DNA of 64,000 nucleotides from Opitutales bacterium (GTDB lineage Bacteria > Verrucomicrobiota > Verrucomicrobiia > Opitutales > PNEW01), in contig CBDANS010000004.1 of assembly GCA_965197745.1 (NCBI GenBank), forward strand, positions 96,001-160,000, written 5' to 3'. Both the position numbers and the translations under genes were made by a program. The notes under the pieces were generated by a model. That model saw only the letters and a list, made by a program, of their open reading frames with translations, was not told where the DNA came from and ran no database searches. Numbering within the stretch: position 1 is the stretch's first letter; every line of letters starts with the position of its first letter. Below, one piece after another: positions 21,457 through 32,629 of this stretch.

Positions 21457-24438
21457 ATGTTATCTAAAATTTTTAAAAAGTTCGCGGGGCGGCATTACCA
21501 CAAGTATATTAAAAAGCTGTGGCCTGTGGTGGAGCGAATAAAAGTTATTGAAGAGGAGTATCAAAAACTCTCTGACGATCAAATACGCGGTAAAACAGCT
21601 GAATTTAAAAAGCGTTACACCGATGGTGAAACCCTTGAAGAACTTCTCCCCGAAACCTATGCCACGGTTATGAACACGGCACGCCGTTTTGTGGGGCAGA
21701 CCATTACGGTGTGTGATCACGAACAGGTTTGGGACATGGTGCACTTTGATGTGCAATTGATTGGAGGTATGGCGTTGAATGATAATAAAATTGCGGAAAT
21801 GGCCACAGGGGAAGGGAAAACGCTAGTTGCCACCCTGCCACTCTATCTTAATGCCATAACCGGCCGCAATAGCCAGCTTGTTACGACGAATGATTTTCTG
21901 GCCAAGCGTGATTCGGAATGGATGGGCTATATCTATAAATTCCTCGGTCTCAGCGTAGGATGTATTCAAAACAACATGGATCCGGTCACGCGAAGGGAAA
22001 TGTATAATTGCGACATTACCTACGGCACAGCCAGCGAATTCGGTTTCGACTACCTGCGTGATAACGGTATGGCTACACGCAAGGAGGACCAGGTTCAACG
22101 CGATCATTATTTTGTCATCGTTGACGAAGTGGACTCCATCCTTGTCGACGAGGCGCGCACCCCGCTTATCATATCGGGTCCTGTCCAAAGTGAACGCGAG
22201 ATGCCCTTTAAAGAGCTTAAGCCGGGTATTGAACGCCTGGTTAAAAAGCAATCCGTTCTTTGTAACAATCTTGTCAGTGAAGTTGCCCAGGAGTTCAAAA
22301 ACGGCGATGAACAATCTATCGATGTTTATGAAAAACTGCTCCAGGTAAAAATGGGCAACCCAAAGAACAAACAATTTTTACGTCTCATGGAGGACGGAAA
22401 TATACGCAAGAATTTCGAGAAATACGATCTGGAAATGAGCGGTGATTTCAATCGTGAGCATCTTTATACGATTAAGGAAGAACTCTATTACGTCATAGAT
22501 GAAAAGCAGCATCAAGCCGATCTTACGGAAAAGGCCCGTAATCTCCTGAGACCGGACGATGAAGAGGCATTTGTCCTTCCTGATCTTCCCAGCATTTTCA
22601 TGGAAATTGACAATAAAAATGATCTCTCGAGGAAAGAAAAAGATGAGGAGAAGACGAAAGCGCAGGACCATTTTGAAACGACGAGCGAAGGAATTCACTG
22701 TATCAGCCAGCTCTTGCGCGCCTATTCCCTCTACGAACGTGATGTCGAATACATGGTCAATGAGGGCAAGGTAATAATTATCGATGAAAATACGGGGCGC
22801 GCCATGCCCGGCCGCCGGTGGAGTGATGGTTTACACGCAGCCGTCGAAGCGAAAGAAGGCGTTACGGTGGAGCGTGAATCGAAAACCTTTGCCACCATAA
22901 CGATTCAAAATTATTTCCGGCTCTACAATAAACTGGCCGGTATGACCGGTACCGCCGAAACGGAGGCTTCGGAATTTAACGACATTTATAAACTAAGTGT
23001 CATGGTGATACCCACCAATAAGCCGAACCAGCGCATGGACGTTCACGATATTATTTACAAGACGCGCAGTGAAAAATATAATGCGGTGATCAAAGATATC
23101 CAGAAGTCCAATAATAATGGGCAACCCGTCTTAGTCGGCACCGCATCAGTCGAAGCTTCAGAAGTGTTAAGCCGCATGCTCCGGCGAGTGAATATTGTCC
23201 ACACCGTTCTCAATGCTAAACAACATGAGCAGGAAGCCGAGATTGTGGCGCGCGCTGGCCAGCGAGGATCAGTGACCATTGCCACGAATATGGCTGGCCG
23301 CGGAACGGACATCAAGCTGGGGGAGGGGATACCCGATATTGGAGGCCTCTATGTTCTCGGCACTGAGCGCCACCAGTCTCGACGCATTGATCGTCAATTG
23401 CGTGGGCGTTGCGCGCGCCAGGGCGATCCTGGTGCCTCGAAGTTTTTCATATCGCTGGAAGACGATCTTCTGCGTCTCTTCGGTAATTCCGGTTATATTG
23501 CAAAACTTTTGGAAAAGTCAGTGGGTGAAGGGGAGGTGCCTTTACCGAGTTGGGTAATTGAAAATGCGCAAAAACGCGTAGAGCAGCAACACTACTCAGT
23601 GCGCAAGCGACTCTTGCAGTACGATGATGTGCTCAATCGGCAACGTGAAGTCATATACGAACTGCGTAACGAAGCCATTCATAGTGAAAAACCCAAAGAT
23701 ATAATTTTTGAATTAATTGGGGATGAAATCGATTTCCGTATGGATGAAACAGGTCTCTACGATCCCAAACATGATGAGGATTCTCTCGATGGATTTCTCA
23801 ATTGGCTGAATACTCATTTTCCCGTGGCGCTTAAGCATGAGGACATACACGAAAAGGAAGCTGAAGAACTGGCGCCTTATTTATTGGAAAAAATTCAGTC
23901 GGCCTATGCTGCCAAAGAGTCGGTGGAGAACCCCGAAGCATTACAAGCGCTCGAACGCTATGTCATCATTGGCCCGATGGACAAGCATTGGCAGGATCAT
24001 CTTACTGAAATGGAGGAGTTGAGACAGAGCGTGGGATTGCGCGGATACGGGCAAAAGGATCCGCTCAACGAATACAAAAGTGAAGCCTTTACTTTTTTCG
24101 AACAGATGATGAAGAGTATCCGTGGTGATATATGCCACCGTTTGTTCCATTCGGCGACGAATATTAAAGCATTTGAAAATATGCTCTCCGTCCTCTCGCG
24201 CCAGGCACAGACTCGGGGCCCCGTAGATCCCACGGGTGCTGCAGCGCCGAGCATAACGGCTCTTCCGAATATTCAACAAAAAAGGCGCGTTCTGGCCGGA
24301 GCGGACGGTATGTCAGGAGAGGAAGCACAACCTTCGGTAGTAACCGTTCGAAAAGAGGGTCCGAAAATAGGCCGCAACGCACCCTGTCCCTGTGGAAGCG
24401 GGAAAAAATATAAAAAGTGCTGCGGGCGAGCTGCCTGA
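21457..24438 (+). CDS. secA: Preprotein translocase ATPase SecA
   Basis: [41 protein letters not shown]-terminal [13 protein letters not shown]. Confidence 0.98.
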   Translation: MLSKIFKKFAGRHYHKYIKKLWPVVERIKVIEEEYQKLSDDQIRGKTAEFKKRYTDGETLEELLPETYATVMNTARRFVGQTITVCDHEQVWDMVHFDVQLIGGMALNDNKIAEMATGEGKTLVATLPLYLNAITGRNSQLVTTNDFLAKRDSEWMGYIYKFLGLSVGCIQNNMDPVTRREMYNCDITYGTASEFGFDYLRDNGMATRKEDQVQRDHYFVIVDEVDSILVDEARTPLIISGPVQSEREMPFKELKPGIERLVKKQSVLCNNLVSEVAQEFKNGDEQSIDVYEKLLQVKMGNPKNKQFLRLMEDGNIRKNFEKYDLEMSGDFNREHLYTIKEELYYVIDEKQHQADLTEKARNLLRPDDEEAFVLPDLPSIFMEIDNKNDLSRKEKDEEKTKAQDHFETTSEGIHCISQLLRAYSLYERDVEYMVNEGKVIIIDENTGRAMPGRRWSDGLHAAVEAKEGVTVERESKTFATITIQNYFRLYNKLAGMTGTAETEASEFNDIYKLSVMVIPTNKPNQRMDVHDIIYKTRSEKYNAVIKDIQKSNNNGQPVLVGTASVEASEVLSRMLRRVNIVHTVLNAKQHEQEAEIVARAGQRGSVTIATNMAGRGTDIKLGEGIPDIGGLYVLGTERHQSRRIDRQLRGRCARQGDPGASKFFISLEDDLLRLFGNSGYIAKLLEKSVGEGEVPLPSWVIENAQKRVEQQHYSVRKRLLQYDDVLNRQREVIYELRNEAIHSEKPKDIIFELIGDEIDFRMDETGLYDPKHDEDSLDGFLNWLNTHFPVALKHEDIHEKEAEELAPYLLEKIQSAYAAKESVENPEALQALERYVIIGPMDKHWQDHLTEMEELRQSVGLRGYGQKDPLNEYKSEAFTFFEQMMKSIRGDICHRLFHSATNIKAFENMLSVLSRQAQTRGPVDPTGAAAPSITALPNIQQKRRVLAGADGMSGEEAQPSVVTVRKEGPKIGRNAPCPCGSGKKYKKCCGRAA

Positions 24439-24531
24439 CTGTTCCTTTCCCGGCGAAAGCAATTTTCCAGCACACGTGGCGTTTTTGAAAACGTAAGCCG
24501 TATACTTTATTCTGAAAAAGTTAAAAGCGCT

Positions 24532-26421
24532 TTATTCCTGATTCAACCACACCGCCATTTCCCCTTCTCCACGATGGGCCCAGGCATAATAGGGTATCAG
24601 CATTATCTCCCGATCCCTGTTAATTCCCCGGATCACTGATATGCCATTCAGGTTTTCTGATCGATGTTCGCAGCTCAGAGTCACGTCATCGGGTAAAGTT
24701 AAATCCAGTGCTATCCCGCTGTTGTCTACTCCCTCAGCGCAATAGACAACGGGCCCGCGTTCGATCGCGACTTTATTTCTATTGCTTTTAACATTTTTAT
24801 GAGACAAGACGCGCCGAATTGGCATGGGCAGGTTCAGCTCTATGGTATCATCCTTCTTCCAGACACGCTTCAAGCAAGCATATCCCTTGTCCATTTCCAG
24901 CTGGACCGATCTACCATTAACACTCAGTGACACTGTTTCTTCACTCTGCTCCTTATAGGTATAGAGGTCACTGGGCACCGGGTGATTTTGCGTCCATCCC
25001 GGAATGCGGCAGCGTATTTCGAATTCCGATTCGGCAACGGATTCTAAAATCAATGTTACTTTACCGTCCCAGGGGTAGCGTGTTTCCTGTTTCAGTTTTA
25101 CCGATTGATGCTCCAGCTTGATGGTGGCGCTATTGGCAATATACAGATTTATAAAAATGGCATTGTCTTCCTGCGCGTAAAGGTATCCCGGAAGAGAAGG
25201 AAGAAAACGAACGACATTTGTGGGACAGCAGGAGCAGTGAAACCATGGCTGTCGTGATGTTTTCTTTATGTTGAAGGCAAAGTTGCCGTCCCATTCGAGT
25301 GGATTTGGATAAAAAAAATGGTCGCCGCTGAAGGAGATGCCGGAGAGAAAGCCATTATAAATAATACGCTCCAGGACATCGATATATTTTGACTCCCCAT
25401 GAAGAAGAAAAAGCCGATGATTCCACATCGCGTTGCCAATCGCGGCGCAGGTTTCGTTATAAGCGGTGTCGTTGGGCAGTTCGTAATCATCGCCAAAAGC
25501 TTCACCCTCATGTCGTGATCCAATACCGCCGGTGAGATATAGTTTTTTTGAAACGACATTCTCCCAAATGTGACCGACTGCTTTTAAGTAATCACTATCG
25601 GCTGTCAGGGCCGCAATATCTGCCATAGCCGAATACATGTAAGCCGCTCGTACCGCGTGACCAACTGCCTCTTCCTGCTCGAGTACGGGGATATGGTCCT
25701 GACAGTACTCTCCATAGATATCGCGATCCCGGTCATTACCGCGTTGGGCAAGAAAATATTTTGCCAGATTTAAATACTTTTCATGCCCTGTTGCGCGATA
25801 CAGTTTAGCAAGTCCGATCTCAATTTCCTGATGACCGGGAACATCACAGTTTTTTTCGGAACCAAAAACACTGTCGATAAGATCAGCATTATTTAGGGCA
25901 ACAGCTAAAAAATTGCTTTTGCCGGTGGCTTGATAATAAGCTACCGCAGCCTCATACATGTGTCCGACATTGTAAAGTTCGTGGCTTTTTTCGAGATACG
26001 ACCAGCGCGTTTCTCCCGTGTCTACAGCTGAATTATTGGGATCGATGGTTCGCGTAGTGAAAAGATAACCATCGTCTTCCTGTGCGGCGGCAACTTTATC
26101 GATCAATTCATCGAGGTATTTTTCTAATTCCGGATCGAGCTGCAGTGACAGTGAGTATGCGGCGCCTTCCATCACTTTGAAGACATCGGAATCGTTAAAC
26201 CGCAGTCCCTGGAATGAGCCTTTCTTAAGTTTGCCCGCTATGGCAAAATTATCAATGCGTCCCGTTTCCTCGCATTTTTTAAAATCGTAAGGAAGAGTCA
26301 CCTCACGGTTGATTTTCAGTCTCGGTGACCAGAAATCGTCTTTAACCTGGAATGCCGTAAAGGGAACCGGAGTTATAGGATAATCCTTAAAATCGGTATC
26401 TGCTTTGTTTTCAGTATTCAA
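24532..26421 (-). CDS. Glycoside hydrolase family 127 (beta-L-arabinofuranosidase-like)
   Basis: HELYNVGH, GHAVRA, YNETCAA, CSCCPTN. Confidence 0.92.
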   Translation of the reverse strand: MNTENKADTDFKDYPITPVPFTAFQVKDDFWSPRLKINREVTLPYDFKKCEETGRIDNFAIAGKLKKGSFQGLRFNDSDVFKVMEGAAYSLSLQLDPELEKYLDELIDKVAAAQEDDGYLFTTRTIDPNNSAVDTGETRWSYLEKSHELYNVGHMYEAAVAYYQATGKSNFLAVALNNADLIDSVFGSEKNCDVPGHQEIEIGLAKLYRATGHEKYLNLAKYFLAQRGNDRDRDIYGEYCQDHIPVLEQEEAVGHAVRAAYMYSAMADIAALTADSDYLKAVGHIWENVVSKKLYLTGGIGSRHEGEAFGDDYELPNDTAYNETCAAIGNAMWNHRLFLLHGESKYIDVLERIIYNGFLSGISFSGDHFFYPNPLEWDGNFAFNIKKTSRQPWFHCSCCPTNVVRFLPSLPGYLYAQEDNAIFINLYIANSATIKLEHQSVKLKQETRYPWDGKVTLILESVAESEFEIRCRIPGWTQNHPVPSDLYTYKEQSEETVSLSVNGRSVQLEMDKGYACLKRVWKKDDTIELNLPMPIRRVLSHKNVKSNRNKVAIERGPVVYCAEGVDNSGIALDLTLPDDVTLSCEHRSENLNGISVIRGINRDREIMLIPYYAWAHRGEGEMAVWLNQE

Positions 26422-26487
26422 TGAGAGTCAACCCGGCGGCTCTTAAAATTGAATTTGAAGTTCTCACCTCAGCATAATTAAAAGTTA

Positions 26488-28350
26488 TTAGAGGATTACT
26501 TTACGCTCGGTATTCAAATAGTCTTTTTGTAATTTATGAAAAGAGAATTCGATTTTACCCAGTGATTTAATCTCTCCCTTACCCTTTATTTTTTTTCGCG
26601 CAGCCTCTTTTGCACTGATCTCGATTCGTTCTGATACCCTGCCCAGGGTAACGATGTCTCCTGGAAATAGAGTGATGAATTTAGTTATTAACTCCAACAC
26701 TTTGGGCGCCCAGACAACATATTCGTCCAACGATCCCTTTATTTTCCCAATACCGTCGATTTCCAGTGACATCGCGAGATTTCTAATCTCACCACTATTC
26801 CGTTTCACCGGCTGATCTAATATTACATTATAGCCGTCGGCCCATCTACCGTAAACGCCGGGAATATTTCTCTCCTGATGCGTAGCTGGCTCGACAACAT
26901 CCTCTTGAAAGGAATAATCACTGACTGAGACAAGGGGAGTGTAGCCAAGAATAAAATCATCCGCTTTATCACTTTTGATTTTACTCGCTATTTTTTTTAT
27001 AACCAGAGCCAATTCAATTCCCAGATGCAGGGTAGTTGCCCGTGGCGTTAACTCCACCTTTGAAGGAGATACACCCAATGAGGAATTAGGGCCATTGAGA
27101 AATCGCGGGTGCGGGAGCATTTTTATATTTTCATTTTTTGTGACATTTTTATAATTGCCGAAGACCGTCCAGAAATGACCGGCACGCTTAATATTCCAAT
27201 CCTGAATGGACTTTATGTTGTCCCCTCCATTTTTAATCAACGCCCTGACCGCAGGTGAGGCATGAACTTTCTTTGTCGGATGATCTTTATCCCGCCAGTC
27301 ATTATTACCGACAACGACGACTTTGTTGCGCAAAAGCCCAACCCTTTCAATTTCCGTCTCGATTCTATCGTCCGGTTCGAATTCCATATCCTCCGGGCAG
27401 GGCATGCCGTCAACACCCATCGTGGCGATGTGAATGACATCACCCGGAAACACGGTGGCAAAGGAAGTGTACCATTCAAGCGTTCGTTCAAATCCCAGTA
27501 AAAGCGCCCCGGTATGCGCGCGGTCACGCAAGAGGCCGGACTTTTTCGTATAAACAAGGAGATCATAGGGATTGCTCACATCGTCTTTCGTAACCAGGTA
27601 GGGGCCCATCGGACACATGGTATCCGCTTTTTTACCTCCCCAGGAGGCGGTTGCTCCCATAAACCAATCTTCAGCACCAATATTAGCCTTCCCTTTGCAT
27701 ACTTTATCAATGGAAGCATAATAGCCAAAGATACAGGCATCGGTAACGACGGTGAACCCTGCGACATAATCCATGGCTTTATCAGCAGTGATGTAACGGC
27801 CCTTCTTCCCGATGATAATACCAAATTCCACATTGTATCCCCAGGGCGGTGTGTCTTTGGGGATGATCATTGTTTCATCCGCCCCGATAACGCTACCTTG
27901 AGGTCGCTGATGACCTTGAGGGAATAAATTTACTATTTTTCGAAAAGGATCATTGCGGATGAAGGTCGGACAGTTCTGAACTAAGCCCCAGTATAATCGG
28001 GGGCGAGGGATCGGCGCTTTTAATGTGACTGCGTTTCTCGAATACCCTGCGTTTTCCAAAATTGCCTGGTCCGATACGGCTATAAATTTAATTAAAAAAT
28101 CGGTTAATTGTTTTAAGGCAGTCATGCCCTCGTCTTCGAGCGCGAGAAAAGAAACCAAATCTTTGGGCCACTCCCCTGACTTGAGAAATATCGGAGTCTG
28201 GTAAAAATAGCTGGAAGTTTGTGATGAATAAATCTTGAACTTTTCTTCCACAATCGCGGGTTCGAAGATCCAATCTTCATTATGTGCGGGGTGATAGACA
28301 ACCACCCCCCAGCTCTCACGACCATTAACTTCAAATGTGGCTAATCGCAT
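26488..28350 (-). CDS. Fumarylacetoacetate-hydrolase family protein with two FAH-like domains
   Basis: YNVEFGIIIGKKG/MGPYLVT/PGDVI in the N-half; ELALVI/LFPGDIVTLG in the C-half. Confidence 0.8.
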   Translation of the reverse strand: MRLATFEVNGRESWGVVVYHPAHNEDWIFEPAIVEEKFKIYSSQTSSYFYQTPIFLKSGEWPKDLVSFLALEDEGMTALKQLTDFLIKFIAVSDQAILENAGYSRNAVTLKAPIPRPRLYWGLVQNCPTFIRNDPFRKIVNLFPQGHQRPQGSVIGADETMIIPKDTPPWGYNVEFGIIIGKKGRYITADKAMDYVAGFTVVTDACIFGYYASIDKVCKGKANIGAEDWFMGATASWGGKKADTMCPMGPYLVTKDDVSNPYDLLVYTKKSGLLRDRAHTGALLLGFERTLEWYTSFATVFPGDVIHIATMGVDGMPCPEDMEFEPDDRIETEIERVGLLRNKVVVVGNNDWRDKDHPTKKVHASPAVRALIKNGGDNIKSIQDWNIKRAGHFWTVFGNYKNVTKNENIKMLPHPRFLNGPNSSLGVSPSKVELTPRATTLHLGIELALVIKKIASKIKSDKADDFILGYTPLVSVSDYSFQEDVVEPATHQERNIPGVYGRWADGYNVILDQPVKRNSGEIRNLAMSLEIDGIGKIKGSLDEYVVWAPKVLELITKFITLFPGDIVTLGRVSERIEISAKEAARKKIKGKGEIKSLGKIEFSFHKLQKDYLNTERKVIL

Positions 28351-28415
28351 CTTTTATATCCTTTATTCAAATTTGTTAAGGGTCTTTCCCCTTTAATAGA
28401 GAATTAAAATCAGTA

Positions 28416-29495
28416 TTAATTGGGTGTGGGCAGCGCGGGAATAACCTCTTTTGCTAATTGCTCCATCGAATTAACCCACTTTGCTTTATCATCCCAGTCA
28501 TGGGAGATCATAAGAACAGTCCCAAAACCACCGAGATAATCATATAAATCCTGCAATCGCTGGGTGACGGTATTTACGGTGCCAGAGATGCAGAGATTTT
28601 TTATCAGGTACTCACGATCGACTTGGTCATCGGGCGTGTCCGGATCGGCTTTCATAAGGTCGAGCATATCATAGTGCACAAAAAGGCTTCGCAGATACAT
28701 AAAGGAGTCTCCCAATGCGCTGTTACAGGCAAAATCAAAGGCTTCATCGTCCGAGTCACCGATGAATATATTACGGCAAACCCTCCAAATAGAACTTTTA
28801 GGTTCTGGATTACCCGCTTCCCTGGCTCCATCACAATAGGATTCCCAGTGAGCATTAACAAATCGAGGTGCCACAAGATTGGTACTCAAGGGCATATACC
28901 CGCGTTCACCGGCCATCTTGGCCCCGATCGAGGGGCCGCGAACGATACTCGTGCCGATCGGTGGGTGGGGTTTTTGCAGCGGTTTGAGCAATTGTCCGAT
29001 GCTATGTTCGGGAACGACACTTTGATTCTTAATTGTCCAAAACTTACCTTGAAATTCAAACGGTGGAGGGGTGGACCAGAGCTTAAGGACCATGTCCAGG
29101 CATTCAACGGTCATCAGGCCCTGTGTTTTCGGGTCGGTGATATTAAAAAGTTCCATATCCGTGGGAACGCCGCTCTGCCCATAACCAAAGTACATGCGCC
29201 CATGAGAGAGGTGATCGAGCAATGCTATGGAGGAGGCCACTTTAACCGGATGGTTGTGGGGCATGATGATTACACCCGGTCCCAGGCGTATGGTTTTCGT
29301 TCGTTGAAAAGCGGCGCTAAGGAAGATCTCATTACCGGCAATCGGCTCCCAGGGTAGCGATTCGTGATTGCCCACCCAGCCTTCCACGAATCCCAGGTCT
29401 TCAGCCCGTTCGACAAATTCCAGATCCTCGTCGAAACATTGAGTGCGATCTTTTGCCGGTTGATGCAATGGCATCATAAAAAAACCAAGGTTCAT
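28416..29495 (-). CDS. LLM-class (luciferase-like) flavin-dependent monooxygenase
   Basis: GFFMMPLH, AEDLGFVEGWVGNH, IRLGPGV, KPLQKPHPPI. Confidence 0.9.
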   Translation of the reverse strand: MNLGFFMMPLHQPAKDRTQCFDEDLEFVERAEDLGFVEGWVGNHESLPWEPIAGNEIFLSAAFQRTKTIRLGPGVIIMPHNHPVKVASSIALLDHLSHGRMYFGYGQSGVPTDMELFNITDPKTQGLMTVECLDMVLKLWSTPPPFEFQGKFWTIKNQSVVPEHSIGQLLKPLQKPHPPIGTSIVRGPSIGAKMAGERGYMPLSTNLVAPRFVNAHWESYCDGAREAGNPEPKSSIWRVCRNIFIGDSDDEAFDFACNSALGDSFMYLRSLFVHYDMLDLMKADPDTPDDQVDREYLIKNLCISGTVNTVTQRLQDLYDYLGGFGTVLMISHDWDDKAKWVNSMEQLAKEVIPALPTPN

Positions 29496-29785
29496 GGGAT
29501 CTCCTTATGGTTGAGGTGTTAAATTAAATCGGGGCATGATTGCTTGATGATGGGAGATTATTTTCATATTTGGCAAATTTTTTTTATTTTAATACCAATC
29601 CCATAGTTTAATCTCCCGCTTTGTCGATCCGACTGTCATCTCCGGGGAGGGGAACAATAATTGTTGCTTAACGAGGTTGAGATTAGAAAATATAATCAAT
29701 TTCGAGCTCATCGTTTTAGCGGTCACCTGTATTTTCAAATTATCGGTTATTTAAGTGAAATCGAGTTCAATACCTGGAATATCTG

Positions 29786-31336
29786 ATGAATAACTGGAAC
29801 GCTGATGTCATCGTTATTGGCGCAGGTCACAATGGATTAGTGTGTGCCGGTTACCTCGCGAAAGCGGGTCTCGATGTCCTTATTGTCGAACGCAGTCACC
29901 GCATAGGTGGGGCCTGCGTCTCGGAGGAACTCACTCCCGGGTTTATTTTTTCCACTTTTTCCTATGCCGCCCATGGTCCCGGACCAAAAATCTGCGGCGA
30001 TCTCGAAATCCCCGCTGATGCTTTTACGATAGTGCCAACCGATCCGGGGATGTTTTTACCCTTCCCGGATGGTGATTATTGCGTCCTCCGGGCAGATATA
30101 GAAAAAACCGCGCGAGATCTTGAGCGATTTGGGCCCCGTGAAGGACCGGGGTATCTGGCTTATCATCAATTTCTGGAATCAGCAACTCATGTGATGCAAT
30201 CCATTTTTTTCGAACCCCCACCGACGCATCAAGCGCTTTATGATCGGTTTTCGGGAACTCCGTTTGAAGCAGCGCTGGAAGCAATGTTGACGCGCAGTCA
30301 TTGGGATGTCATCTGCGATTATTTTGAAACGGAAAAAGTTCGCTGTGCCATGGCGCGATCCGATGATGTTGGTTACCCCACAGCTGTTGGGTCGCTGCTC
30401 GCTGAGGTTATGGAAAGCGCATCCGAAGGAGCGGGTGTTGAAAATAAATCAGGGATTCCCGACGGAGGGATGGGGGTGATAACCGCCGCGTTAGCCGATG
30501 CCGTTTGCCGCTATGGCGCGGAGATCCGCACTGAATCCCCGGTTGGTAGAATACTAATCAAAGACGGCCAGGCAAAAGGGGTGCGCCTGTCAGGGGGTGA
30601 AACACTCACCGCTCGATTGGTCGTATCTAACGCCGACCCTAAACGCACTTTTCTTAAACTCATAGATCCGCATGAACTTGACAGCGGATTTCGCGAAACC
30701 GTTACCCGCATAAAGACACGCGCTAATTATATGAAATACCATGCAGTGATTAGTGCAGCACCGCCTTTTACCGCGGTACCCGATGATCTGGCTGATGATC
30801 CCCGTCTTTTCGCTTCAATGCGAATAAGCCCTAGTTTATCCTATATGGAAAATGCCTGGCTCGATGCCCAGAAAGGAATACCATCTCGTCAGCCCGTGAT
30901 GAGCTTGCAACTGCCTACCGCTTACATACCGCACATGGCTAAACCTGGTAAACACATCTTTGGCGCCTGGGTGCGATATGGTCCGCCTGAACCGAAAATG
31001 TCCAACGATGCGTTAAGGGATGAAAGTTTGAAAAATATAATCGACACCTTGGAAAGCTATGCGCCCGGATTCAGCGATTTGATCGAATGGCAACGCCTAT
31101 ATACTAACTTCGACATCGAAAATGAGACCGGCATTACTAACGCAAGTATTCGGCATGTGGACATGACTCTGGATCAAATGCTCTACCGCCGCCCCCTGCC
31201 TTCCTGGGGCGCTTATAAAACACCAGTCGAAGGTTTATGGTTGTGCGGCTCGGGCACCCATCCCTGTGGATCGGTTACCGGCGCGCCCGGTCACAATGCC
31301 GCCCATGCAATCCTTTCTGAACGCGGGATGAGGTAA
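29786..31336 (+). CDS. Phytoene-dehydrogenase-like FAD-dependent oxidoreductase
   Basis: IGAGHNGLVCAGYLA, GGMG, LWLCGSGTHP..VTGAPGHNAA. Confidence 0.9.
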   Translation: MNNWNADVIVIGAGHNGLVCAGYLAKAGLDVLIVERSHRIGGACVSEELTPGFIFSTFSYAAHGPGPKICGDLEIPADAFTIVPTDPGMFLPFPDGDYCVLRADIEKTARDLERFGPREGPGYLAYHQFLESATHVMQSIFFEPPPTHQALYDRFSGTPFEAALEAMLTRSHWDVICDYFETEKVRCAMARSDDVGYPTAVGSLLAEVMESASEGAGVENKSGIPDGGMGVITAALADAVCRYGAEIRTESPVGRILIKDGQAKGVRLSGGETLTARLVVSNADPKRTFLKLIDPHELDSGFRETVTRIKTRANYMKYHAVISAAPPFTAVPDDLADDPRLFASMRISPSLSYMENAWLDAQKGIPSRQPVMSLQLPTAYIPHMAKPGKHIFGAWVRYGPPEPKMSNDALRDESLKNIIDTLESYAPGFSDLIEWQRLYTNFDIENETGITNASIRHVDMTLDQMLYRRPLPSWGAYKTPVEGLWLCGSGTHPCGSVTGAPGHNAAHAILSERGMR

Positions 31337-31468
31337 AATACCTCGGATTATGCTGATAACACGGGTATATTACTGCAGATTACACGTATATTTTTCTATA
31401 TGGGGATAAAGTATTCCGTCGTGTAGGGAGTCGCCTTAACATCACTCCATTACTCAACATCCGCAACC

Positions 31469-31545
31469 ATCCGTGTAATCCGCGGTCATCAGTAATCATC
31501 CGCTTGATCCGCGGTCATCAGAATTCATCCGCTTAATCCGCGGTA
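31469..31545. repeat. Tandem 29-bp repeat (about 2.6 units) between convergent genes
   Basis: CATCCG(TG/CT)T(A/G)ATCCGCGGT three times, two of them followed by CATCAG. Confidence 0.8.
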
Positions 31546-31548
31546 AAT

Positions 31549-32421
31549 TTAACCTAGAATTTCCTGGGGATCGTAATCGGGAATAGCACCATCCTGGGAT
31601 GCGACATAAGCGCCGAGACGACAGCAGCGATTAATAAATTCCGGATCCCGGTCGGCATCACCGTTTATAACGCCGTATGTAAACGCGGCCATAAAGGCAT
31701 CACCGGCCCCCACGGTATCCCGTACTTCCGGGGCCTTTGCGCTTCCTTTTATGAGACGGCCATTATTGTAATAAACGGCTCCCTTTTCCGCCAGCGTTAC
31801 GCACACACGGCGCACCCGTGTTTTTTCGACCAGGGTATCGATAAGACTTTCACATCCGGAGGATTTGATAGAACCCTCCGTTATTTTTTCCAGTTCTTCC
31901 TCGTTAAGTTTGAGAATATTCGTTTTTTCCGCCAGGGTGAAGACAAGATCGAGATTGTCATAGGGTGCCCTCAGGTTGACATCAAATATCTTGGTGGGCC
32001 CCTTTTCACTGAGCATACGATTCAGTGTTGCGAAATTTGAGTTTGAACGGGCATCAAGCGAACCGAATACAATAGCATCAGCTTTTTGGACAATCTCGAG
32101 CAGTGCATCGCTTAAGACGATTCGATCCCAGGCTACGTCTTCGTGAATAGTATAACAGGCATTGCCCTTATTATCGAGAATGACCTTAACGGTGCCTGTT
32201 GGTAAATCGTCATGTTGTTCCACGAATTGGGTGTTGACCCGGTTTATCTTCATCCTTTCGAGCGCTTCATCACCGAGGAAATCCTTTCCCACGGCCGAAG
32301 CCATATATGCTTCGACTCCAAGTTTAGATAAATGAGAGGCGACATTGAGGGGGGCGCCCCCAAAATAAATACCTCGCGGGAGTACATCCCACAAGACTGC
32401 TCCGAAAGACACAACTTTCAT
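31549..32421 (-). CDS. PfkB family carbohydrate kinase (fructokinase-like)
   Basis: GGAPLNVA, FDVNLR, DTVGAGDAF. Confidence 0.93.
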   Translation of the reverse strand: MKVVSFGAVLWDVLPRGIYFGGAPLNVASHLSKLGVEAYMASAVGKDFLGDEALERMKINRVNTQFVEQHDDLPTGTVKVILDNKGNACYTIHEDVAWDRIVLSDALLEIVQKADAIVFGSLDARSNSNFATLNRMLSEKGPTKIFDVNLRAPYDNLDLVFTLAEKTNILKLNEEELEKITEGSIKSSGCESLIDTLVEKTRVRRVCVTLAEKGAVYYNNGRLIKGSAKAPEVRDTVGAGDAFMAAFTYGVINGDADRDPEFINRCCRLGAYVASQDGAIPDYDPQEILG

Positions 32422-32629
32422 ATGTCCATAAAGGCATAGGGCTATTGATTAAATGCTTCAAGATTTTCCCAACGTTTATTTTTCAACGCATACCCGAGAA
32501 TGCGCAGTTTATAAAAAAAGGGATTAGGATTTAGAAAAAGATTACGATTATAGGTATAAGGGTGAGAAGAAAAGAGCAATGGCAGATCCATGCTTGCTTC
32601 AAATATGAAGGCATCTAAATTCGGTGTAT

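Noticed and set aside
22200..22700. Long insertion in SecA relative to E. coli
   Set aside because: Variable insertions in this region are known in SecA from several phyla
28623..29357. 244-aa ORF antisense to the LLM monooxygenase
   Set aside because: Typical antisense shadow ORF with no motifs
31469..31545. Possible mini CRISPR array
   Set aside because: Repeats are contiguous with no unique 25-45 bp spacers; no cas genes in the window
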